Shown piece after piece: positions 1-7,821 of a DNA stretch of 9,849 nt. The DNA is from Amoeboradix gromovi X-113 (taxonomy: Eukaryota; Fungi; Sanchytriomycota), in NCBI GenBank assembly GCA_018985225.1, contig JADGIF010000371.1, forward strand, positions 1 through 9,849, read 5' to 3'. The position numbers were made by a program, and so were the translations under genes. Each line of letters starts with the position of its first letter. The stretch's first letter is position 1. Under the pieces are notes generated by a model, which saw only the letters and a program-made list of their open reading frames with translations, was not told where the DNA came from and did no database searches.

Positions 1-127
1 AGAATAGCTGTACAGAATATTTATTTTCCTTTTATACTCGTCAACTCCGCAACTAGCTAAATGTCCACTCGCCTCTTGAATCCATAAAATTAATAAAGCT
101 GAAATAATGTTCCAAGTTGTTACACAA

Positions 128-158
128 AGTTAGTCCAGTTTTTATATTTGATGTCCCA
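128..158 (-). repeat. 31-bp repeat, inverted copy of 9759..9789
   Basis: Reverse complement TGGGACATCAAATATAAAAACTGGACTAACT versus 9759..9789 TGGGACACCAAATATAAAAACTAGACTAACT: 29/31 identical, both differences are transitions. Confidence 0.9.
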
Positions 159-415
159 GTTGTAAATTCTATATCAATCAGTGATTTTCTTACACTTAAT
201 GTATATAAGCAGTTTCGATTTTATGGCATTTTTCAGATTAAAGAAAGAACATTAAGCTACAATGCAATTAAAAACTCTACAAAGATACTACATTCGAGAA
301 ACACATTTAATGTTATCATGATAAACGACTTATTCAGTTAAAATTGATAGATCTCCATACTGACTATCTTTTGTATTGTAAACTCAATTTCAAACTTCCC
401 ACCAATAGGCCAAGT

Positions 416-2988
416 ATGTCTAGACTTATTGAATACCTAATAACAGGAAGACTCACCGAAGAAAGCTTTGAAAGAGAGGTTGTGTTTCCAAATAACATGA
501 ACAGACCGTTCTTAAGTAACATTCATTATTTTTTTAAACCGAAAAAAATAGAGAATAACAAAAATATTTGGTATGAATTCCAGCTTACAGATGAATTTGG
601 AGATTCCTTATATGGATGTTGTTACTCTAGTCTTCTGGAAAATGGTAATTATTTTGTTATTTGTCTTTTATCCTCTTTACCAAAGTCTTATACTTTTCGG
701 ACAATTTTAAACGAAATACATCTCGATTTTGAATTGAGCAACAACGTGTATCCGTTGCTAGCTGAGTTCTGTAGGCTAATTATACCAGACACGTTTACAG
801 CACAAGTTCAGCTGCCGATATCAGGTACAAATATAAATTTAAACATCGAAAACGACTGCCACTCTCACTATGTATGCCATTATTTGTCACCAACACTAAT
901 ATCAATTATATTGCATGACATTTTGACCGAAAAATCTGTTTTATTTATCTCATCCAGTTATACGAAGTTGGTACACTGTGCATCGTCACTGCAAATTATG
1001 ATTCAGCCACTGAGATACTCGGGTGTAATTGTACCTTTAGTACCTTACTCTATGGTGCACACAATAGAAGCGCCAACGTATTATTTAATGGGTTGCCACA
1101 GGTCATGTCTTACTTCCAGTATTAACTTTCAGCAATCAGATCTTGTAGTTGACCTGGATACATTGGAGATAATAAATGACAATAGCAAAGATAGAAGTGC
1201 GTCTGAAATTGAAATTTATGCCCGCAAAGTAGCAAAAGTAGTTGGTGGATTTACTTGTTACTCAGATTACTTACCGCATTTGCTGCATGCAACCGAGCAG
1301 GAGAAAGAATTCAGGCTCTTATGGAAAAGCTGGGTAATCAATTTATGCTCCAGTGCGCTGAATGATAGAAAGAACAACTTTAACGAGTTATTTTCCAAGA
1401 CAACAATGTGTGAGCAATTTATCCTGGACGAACAATCAGTGCTGGCAAGCAGAGTCGTAAAAATAGCTTTTGATTATAACACCAAGCCAAAGTCGGTAAA
1501 CCAGTTCGCAGGCATAGATCAAGAGCAGTTCATGGAACTTTTGGACCAGTCTACTAATGTTCAATTAGCTACAATAAGACCTGATAAAAACGACGTAGAA
1601 TATCCGTTTTACCTCATACTCTGCAATCACATTTGGACATTTTATGACGAATATAACCCAGTATTGGATTTAATAGACTGCGAAGAAACGCTTTTGTCTC
1701 TGCTGGAATCAAAAATGGACGCGAACACTATATCTATCAAGATAGAGGAAATCATGAATCATCTATCAGATGCAGATAAGTCTAAAATCGAGCTATGGGA
1801 TCTACCAGAGCAATTAAAATTAAAATTTTATAATTATACAAAGAGAAGATCTACCCAGATATTGAAAAAGTCACTGAATACGCAAGCATCTTCCGCTTCT
1901 GTTGTAAACAACAACAGTATCCTAGGAGAGGTGAGTAGGGCATTGCAATTTGACCAGAACATTACCACAATTAGCTCCGACTCGTTACAAAAAAGTGCTT
2001 TGCAGCTAAATAAACAAAAGAGTCATGCGAGCGTATATAAGCTTAATGACTGTATGATTTTAAACGAAATGCTTCTTTCTTCCGATTTGCCATTGATTGA
2101 AATTCCACAGGATATGCTGGTGCGATGTAGTTGCAACTTGCTGAATCTTTTAATAACAGCATATTCTGAAAGCTCATCCCTGATGTATAGGTCCGAGAAG
2201 AAAGAACCAGTTGCAAAGTTTATATCAGATCGAAAGAAAATGCTTAGCATAAAAAGAAGCGCTGCTTATTCCGATTTTTTAGATCTACTAAAGACATACT
2301 CATTGTACAATCTAGATTCTCTAAGAAATGATAACGATAAACTATGCTTTTGGATGAACACTCGACATACTTTATAGTACTTTGTTTTTTATGTAGTCTC
2401 CATAGTCTAATAGTTCTTAGTGAAGTACCAGAAAGCAAGTTGAAAGCATCCTCAAATGTGGCATATCAGTTAGGTCGGCATACATTTAGTTTATTGGACA
2501 TGATAGAAGGCTTATGTAGACCAGGTGCAGTCGTACGGTTTTATACAAAATCAAATGTAGTCTGGCATGGCTTAAAGCCAGAAATCCTAAAGTATGCTGC
2601 ACTGGAGTATCCTCAAGAAATAAATTTCATTTTATCCGATTACACAGGATCGAGTTGCAGGATTCAACCTTATTATACAGCTGAACTGGAGTCTCAAGTG
2701 ACCGAGGAACTGAACAATTTGGTTGAAAATGAATTTAAAATTGATTTAAAAAAGAAGAGGATATTGATGCCATTGTGTTGGTCCTGGCTGTACAAGGAAT
2801 TCGGCGATCACCCAAACGACATGATTATAAATATCTGTGAAATGTTGCCAAACAATCATTTTACGCTTACTTTATTTAAGAATGATGCTATTCGATGTGA
2901 AAATGGTAGGCCCAGCAGAATAAGTAGGAAATGGAACATAAAGTTCTTTAAAGAAACAATATTTTGTGTCAAATTCAAGTTACAGTAA
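416..2988 (+). CDS. DENN-domain (Rab GEF-like) protein with C-terminal DUF547-like domain; join(416..2376,2397..2988), 850 aa
   Basis: First in-frame ATG is at 416 (MSRLIEYLITG, uDENN-like start; the ORF-track start at 344 is TTG). DENN motifs: FQLTDEFGDSLYGCC, ICLLSSLP, ILTEKSVLFISSSYTKL, IQPLRYSGVIVPLVP..IEAPTYYLMG, LVVDLD, dDENN-like FSKTTMCEQFI. C-terminal DUF547-like motifs: DKLCFWMNTRHTLYLH, YQLGRHTFSLLDMIEGLCR, INFIL, KKRILMPLCWSWLYKEFG. Removing one intron fuses the 677-aa and 214-aa ORFs. Confidence 0.85.
2377..2396 (+). other. 20-nt spliceosomal GT-AG intron (phase 2)
   Basis: gtactttgttttttatgtag. Removal turns the TAG at 2375..2377 into TA|T (Tyr), joins the two reading frames, and gives FWMNTRHTLYLH, matching the DUF547 consensus spacing FWINLYNALVIH without gaps. 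Confidence 0.88.
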
Positions 2989-3001
2989 AAGATTTATGAA
3001 T

Positions 3002-5458
3002 TCATTGAAAATCGCTTTTTAATATCCAAATTTTACCTTTTTCTGTATTTTTCAAATTCGCAATACCCTTCAACATCTTTCCGAATACCGCTTTATCAGA
3101 ATCAGCCATTTCCTTGCAAAAATGGTTAATGATTTCCTTTGATGTCGGTTTATTGACTTTTAGGTATTCCTGAATATCAACTATCATCGACTCCTTATGC
3201 TGGGGCGTTAGCAACGCGGGACTTCTTACAGGAATATGAGACCCAGTATCTATTTGATGTTTCACTCGCAGATTGGCAAGCAATGCTGACGAGTTATTTA
3301 TATCAAACCTTCTTTTTTGCAGCATTGGCTCTAATACTCCTCTCATTTCGGCCCTTCTTATGTTTCTAGATTCCCTTAAAGCTGCCAACGCGTTTTTTGC
3401 TATCCTGTCAGCCTCTTTTTGCAGTAATGTGTTGTCCTGCCCAGAGTTCATTATCCTATCATGACTAAATGCCTTGATCGATGTATTTTGTAAGAGATCC
3501 ATTACCCTGTCTTTAGTCGCTTTATCCCCGGGTTTGCTATTCTTAGTTATCTGATTTATTTCTCGCCTTGTTGTTGAAATTGCAGCTGCATCTGGTTTTT
3601 GAAATAAATCCCTCAAATCCTGAAATTTAAATAATCTTTTATGGTTGGGATCATCCAGTATTTTATTAGCCATAAACTTTTTGAATATCTGGCGATGGTA
3701 TATCTTCTCTTCTATAGTTTTTGCGCTTATTAATCTGTATATCTCAACAGGTCGTTTTTGTCCGAGCCTCCAAGTTCTTTCCCTGCTTTGTTCATCATTA
3801 CTTGGATTGAAGTCGCAATCAAAGATTATGACTTTATTGGCACCAGTTAAATTCAAGCCCAGTCCACCTGTCTTTGTGGTCAATAAAAATATAAAAACTT
3901 CTTTATTGTTGTTGAATTCATTCACTATTTCAGATCTGTACTTAATATTGGTGGTACCATCCATCCTCAAGTATTTGTAGTCAATCAGCTTTACCATGTT
4001 TTCAAGGACATCTAACATTTGACGAGTTTGACAAAATATTAAAACCTTATTAGAATCCTGTGCAATGTGCCACTTTTGTAGCAGTTCTTGCAATACCTTG
4101 CATTTACCACTTTTTTGCACCAGTTCTTCAATAGAGGAAGTACTGTTGGCTGCCTTTCTACTTTGCTCGTGCAGCAAATCCGGATGATTGCTGATTTTAC
4201 GAAGAATATCAATTCCTACTAGAACATTCATTTTGCCTTTAAAAATCTTTGAAGTTTCTTCAGAGTCCAAGTAGTGACAATATTGATTGTATTGAAGATC
4301 AGTTAGCTCACACAAAAGTACAAATTCAGATTTCTTTGGAAGCTGTTTAGCTACGTTTGATTTAAGCCGCCTTAAGAAATGAGGATTAATCAATTTTTTC
4401 AAGCTTAAAGTACAGCTATAGGCGGCATTCACTTCCACACTAGTAGATGTTGCATATCCACCCAAGTTAATAGGTAGAATGAATTGATCGTTAAAAATGT
4501 CTAGCGTGCCTAAAAGTCCAGGATAAACAAAATCCATTAAACACCATAGTTCCTTGAGATTATTTTGTATCGGTGTACCACTTAGAATGTATCTATATGG
4601 CGACTTTATTGATTTGCATGCCGCAGTTATTAAAGTGTTTGGAGTTCTGATTTTATGGCCCTCATCTAATATTACGCAATCCCAGGAGCGCAAAAAATAT
4701 TTATTGAGTCTAACTGATTCATATGTCGTGATAACAATTACCGAGTTTTGTCTTTTGTTTAAGATCTTTGAAACAGATTTTAAATCACTCGTCATTGACC
4801 CATGAAAGACTATAACTCGAAAGAATGGATACCAATGGTGGAAAACTTGCATCCATTGATTTAACAAAGTACCTGGTGTAACTATTAATGCATCGTTCAG
4901 TATTTTACAGGATTCTAAACCAGCCAAAAACCCAACAGCTTGGATAGATTTGCCAAGACCCATTTCATCAGCTAATAAAGCGCCTTTGCCTTGTTTGTAG
5001 AGATTTGCCATCCAGTAAATACCATCTATTTGATAATTGTATAGTTTGGATTTTATAAGATTTGGGATTTCAAACGAAGAGAAAGACTCTTTAACTGGCA
5101 AATCACGGGTTCTATTATAAAACGCGTCGTTATTAGAGTCATCCGAAATCACAGTAGTTATCGGATCATCAAAGATGGAAACATCATCTGATTGAGGTTC
5201 AATTGCCAAAGATGGCGGTGAAGCAGATAAATCTAGGTCATTTTCATCAGGTGTGTTCATTTGATTCTGAAGTTCGGACATACGAGATAATATTGTGTTG
5301 TATTCTTGCTGAAGCTTTTCATCGTCATTTAGAATCAAGAGTTGTTTTTCAACTTTTTCAAGTCTTTTTTGTTCTAATTCTAGCTGAGACTTAATCAACT
5401 CATCTTGGAATTCGTAATACAACTCTTCCACAAGTTCATTCTCTTCAACTTGTTGCAT
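3002..5458 (-). CDS. RAD26: CSB/ERCC6/Rad26 SNF2-family DNA translocase (transcription-coupled nucleotide excision repair)
   Basis: SNF2 motifs LADEMGLGKS, ILDEGHKIR, LSGTPIQNNLKELW, KVLIFCQTRQMLD, YLRMDGTT, FLLTTKTGGLGLNLTGANKVIIFD, QSRERTWRLGQ. CSB-specific features: PINLGGYATST, EEKIYHRQIFK, EADRIAKNALAALRESR, SSALLANLR and a C-terminal winged-helix-like segment ending WILKSDF. Confidence 0.95.
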   Translation of the reverse strand: MQQVEENELVEELYYEFQDELIKSQLELEQKRLEKVEKQLLILNDDEKLQQEYNTILSRMSELQNQMNTPDENDLDLSASPPSLAIEPQSDDVSIFDDPITTVISDDSNNDAFYNRTRDLPVKESFSSFEIPNLIKSKLYNYQIDGIYWMANLYKQGKGALLADEMGLGKSIQAVGFLAGLESCKILNDALIVTPGTLLNQWMQVFHHWYPFFRVIVFHGSMTSDLKSVSKILNKRQNSVIVITTYESVRLNKYFLRSWDCVILDEGHKIRTPNTLITAACKSIKSPYRYILSGTPIQNNLKELWCLMDFVYPGLLGTLDIFNDQFILPINLGGYATSTSVEVNAAYSCTLSLKKLINPHFLRRLKSNVAKQLPKKSEFVLLCELTDLQYNQYCHYLDSEETSKIFKGKMNVLVGIDILRKISNHPDLLHEQSRKAANSTSSIEELVQKSGKCKVLQELLQKWHIAQDSNKVLIFCQTRQMLDVLENMVKLIDYKYLRMDGTTNIKYRSEIVNEFNNNKEVFIFLLTTKTGGLGLNLTGANKVIIFDCDFNPSNDEQSRERTWRLGQKRPVEIYRLISAKTIEEKIYHRQIFKKFMANKILDDPNHKRLFKFQDLRDLFQKPDAAAISTTRREINQITKNSKPGDKATKDRVMDLLQNTSIKAFSHDRIMNSGQDNTLLQKEADRIAKNALAALRESRNIRRAEMRGVLEPMLQKRRFDINNSSALLANLRVKHQIDTGSHIPVRSPALLTPQHKESMIVDIQEYLKVNKPTSKEIINHFCKEMADSDKAVFGKMLKGIANLKNTEKGKIWILKSDFQ

Positions 5459-5465
5459 TTGAAGA

Positions 5466-5526
5466 CTGGAGGTGAAAGTTTTAGATTAAACTTTTAAAAA
5501 TTAAACCCAGGAGACACAGCTTCCAT
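5466..5526 (-). other. Candidate 20-nt first coding exon (5526..5507) and 41-nt intron (5506..5466) of RAD26
   Basis: ATGGAAGCTGTGTCTCCTGG|gtttaa...tctaaaac...tccag|TCTTCAAATG gives in-frame MEAVSPGLQMQQVEENEL. AT-rich intron with a CTAA branch-like word. Not required for an open frame. Confidence 0.4.
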
Positions 5527-5661
5527 TACAGCTCGATTTAGAACAACTCTGGAATACTAACACAAAGCATAATAACCAATCCTAGGCGATGAATGGAGTA
5601 TTGCAATTCATGTTTTGGCAAAATAAACGGCTTAATTGCCACGGCTTAGAATTCAAGTCCC

Positions 5662-5690
5662 ATCATTATGACGTCATTTTTTGTATAAAA
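5662..5690 (+). promoter_or_regulatory. CRE/ATF-type palindrome (ATGACGTCAT, 5668..5677) within a 15-bp element, followed by TATAAAA (5684..5690)
   Basis: ATCATTATGACGTCA at 5662..5676 is the exact reverse complement of 6885..6899 upstream of the paralogue. TATA starts 32 nt before the ATG at 5716. Confidence 0.7.
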
Positions 5691-5715
5691 AGATTAATAA
5701 ACTAGTTTTCTCACA

Positions 5716-6312
5716 ATGTTGACATTAATGCTTAGTTTTTTAAACGCTGCTAGAGTAGTTCCAAAATCGTGCGACCAAATTGTGATCGTTCACAACAAAC
5801 ATTGTTTAGGTCAGTCTTCAGTAGATTCACTTGGAGAGTGCATGAAAACCCATTTGTCAAACTTAGACTTGAAAAGTTGTGCCACTGAATACAATGTTTA
5901 CTTGGGAAACATTGATTTACCAGAGGGAGTCGGGGAGTATACACTTGAAAACAATGGCAAGCAAGTGTCGTATCTAGTTGGAAAACCTGTAGACACACCT
6001 GAGTTGGTTGAAATCAAAATGGCGGAATTAGAAAGCAAATGCCCCCTACAAAAAAGAGGATTCGGGAGCGCAATTAAACAAGTTGGTAAAAACATATATG
6101 ATATCCTCAACTTTTCCGTCCATTTCATCCACTGGATTATCTACTTTGCATTAGTTATTGTTTACGCAGTTCCGGTCGTAGCTGTTTCTATTCTTGTTAC
6201 CATCCCATATCTTGTCACACAAAGTTACTTTCAAAAATTTGGATGTGTCGTAGGATTCTTTGCAAACAAATTCGAGTTGGTCACTCGACCTATAGAACCA
6301 TGGAGATACTAA
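5716..6312 (+). CDS. Uncharacterised secreted/membrane preproprotein, paralogue A (198 aa)
   Basis: Short hydrophobic N-terminus MLTLMLSFLNA; C-x10-C-x11-C-x12-C domain; C-PLQ-KR (K113/R114); long hydrophobic C-terminal segment; clear homology to 6947..7534; TATA upstream and AATAAA at 6318..6323. Confidence 0.9.
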   Translation: MLTLMLSFLNAARVVPKSCDQIVIVHNKHCLGQSSVDSLGECMKTHLSNLDLKSCATEYNVYLGNIDLPEGVGEYTLENNGKQVSYLVGKPVDTPELVEIKMAELESKCPLQKRGFGSAIKQVGKNIYDILNFSVHFIHWIIYFALVIVYAVPVVAVSILVTIPYLVTQSYFQKFGCVVGFFANKFELVTRPIEPWRY

Positions 6313-6453
6313 ATCGAAATAAATGGGTTTTAATTATTGGTTACGCTTCTCATCAGGTATATTTCACTATTTGCACGGGAACGCCAATTCAAGGGTTCCA
6401 TATCTGCAATAGAATTATAGTTATCTTACCCTGGTGGCGCCTAAATTTGTGTG

Positions 6454-6474
6454 GTCCAGTTTTAGATTAATGTC
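6454..6474 (-). repeat. Possible degenerate third copy of the 31-bp repeat
   Basis: GTCCAGTTTT-AGATT-AATGTC versus 133..155 GTCCAGTTTTTATATTTGATGTC; needs two gaps and is AT-rich. Confidence 0.3.
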
Positions 6475-6884
6475 TATAATTTCGTACAACATAGTTATGA
6501 TTCAAATGTTGCAGAACTCATGAGTATTACAGCTGATGATTGATTCTCAGGACTACTAGAACAAGCGGCCAAATTTACCTATTCTCAGAACTGTAGTCCT
6601 AAGGGGCGGCCATTCGCATGTTACAATTATAGATACTCAAAGCGAAATTTCGAAGATTCCAAAATACGAAAGGTTTCAATAGCAGGCTTTCTTAGTACAA
6701 TCAAGCTTTAAATAATCGAGAAACGATCGCTTGAGCTAAGACCGTGCTCAAAAGGATTTTCGAAAGAAACTCAAATTTGGAATCTCTTGAGATTGATTAT
6801 TTTGTGAAAAAATGTATTGCAACGATTTAATAACTATTAAAGGAATAATATGTCGGCACTACATCACGGATGTTTTTGGCCATT

Positions 6885-6918
6885 TGACGTCATAATGATA
6901 CAATTGATGAGTATAAGA
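6885..6918 (+). promoter_or_regulatory. CRE/ATF-type site (TGACGTCA, 6885..6892) in a 15-bp element, plus TATA-like TATAAGA (6912..6918)
   Basis: TGACGTCATAATGAT is the inverted copy of 5662..5676. The TATA-like word starts 35 nt before the ATG at 6947. Confidence 0.65.
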
Positions 6919-6946
6919 GAAGTTGTTGGAGTCAAGCTTTATTCTA

Positions 6947-7534
6947 ATGCTTTTGATTTACGTTTTATCTGCTCTACTATTTCCAAAGTCATGTGATCAA
7001 ATTATACACACATACAACAGACACTGCTTAGGAGAGCCGAATCACCAGCAGCTTGCTAGATGCTTCATTTCATACGTAACACAGTTTGACTTGCATGATT
7101 GTAAAGAAGAGTACAACGATTACTTGCAAAAATTAAACATGTCCACTGAAAAGTATATTGCTAGGGAGGGCGCTGTTTCTTTTTCAATGCTAGGTAGTGA
7201 GCCAGTGTTATATCCAAGTCAAGTCGAAGTAAAGTTGCTGGAGTTACAGAATCAGTGCAGAATTCACAAGAGAGATTTTGCTCAATTCGTCAGAAACTCT
7301 TATGTTTTGCTATACTTTGCACTGCAGGCTATTCACATATTGATTTACTTTTGTCTTGCGGTGGTTTATACTATACCAGCCACATTTCTTTCTCTTGCTG
7401 CGGTTATTCCATTCATGGCTTCGAAAGACTATTTAATTAAACTAGGTTGTGTTATGAACTATTTCACAGATAAGTTTCTAGATGCGACCACCGCAATTGC
7501 ACCTTGGAACTATTATAATTATGAGAAGCACTAG
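6947..7534 (+). CDS. Uncharacterised secreted/membrane preproprotein, paralogue B (195 aa)
   Basis: First ATG is at 6947 (the ORF-track start at 6923 is TTG). MLLIYVLSA signal-like start. Hand alignment to paralogue A: 22/48 identical in the Cys domain and 29/74 in the C-terminal chain, both gap-free. C-RIH-KR (K108/R109). AATAAA at 7541..7546. Confidence 0.9.
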   Translation: MLLIYVLSALLFPKSCDQIIHTYNRHCLGEPNHQQLARCFISYVTQFDLHDCKEEYNDYLQKLNMSTEKYIAREGAVSFSMLGSEPVLYPSQVEVKLLELQNQCRIHKRDFAQFVRNSYVLLYFALQAIHILIYFCLAVVYTIPATFLSLAAVIPFMASKDYLIKLGCVMNYFTDKFLDATTAIAPWNYYNYEKH

Positions 7535-7821
7535 CAATTCAATAAATCTAATAATATGTTTCATTTCTTTACTTTTCATTGATTAAATGGCTTGCTTTGT
7601 ATGGAATTAGTAAAATTCTTTCTAACACTCTGTGACAGCTATATTAAAGTCTCATCACTTTCCAGTAAAATGCTCTTAAAACCTTCAACTGGATTATACT
7701 TGACTAACAATCGGATGCTTTGTAAAACCGGATCCTTTTTGCTGCGTTGAAGTATTATGAGCTTGGAGATTCTTTGAAGCAAACACATTGAAAATATAGA
7801 TTTTACTTATTTATTTGCGAT

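Noticed and set aside
117-341. 74-aa + strand ORF
   Set aside because: TTG start, no recognisable motif, overlaps the repeat; likely non-coding.
1931-1957. Possible in-frame 27-nt intron GTGAGT...TTGACCAG in the DENN linker
   Set aside because: No stop or frameshift requires it and its composition is exon-like; cannot be supported without RNA reads.
2344-2988. 214-aa ORF as an independent gene, or a pseudogene/programmed frameshift at 2375
   Set aside because: A GT-AG intron explains the stop, the frame change and the motif spacing together.
6546-6600. GACTA/TAGTC pair resembling group I intron P7 (R/S elements)
   Set aside because: Lacks the bulged G-binding-site geometry and the AAGAUA J8/7; no P3/P4/P6 or host exon evident.
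7639-7788. 49-codon minus-strand ORF (MCLLQRISK...) continuing 20 codons past a TAG
   Set aside because: No recognisable homology and it starts right behind the PHO89 poly(A) signal; a pseudogene remnant cannot be supported.
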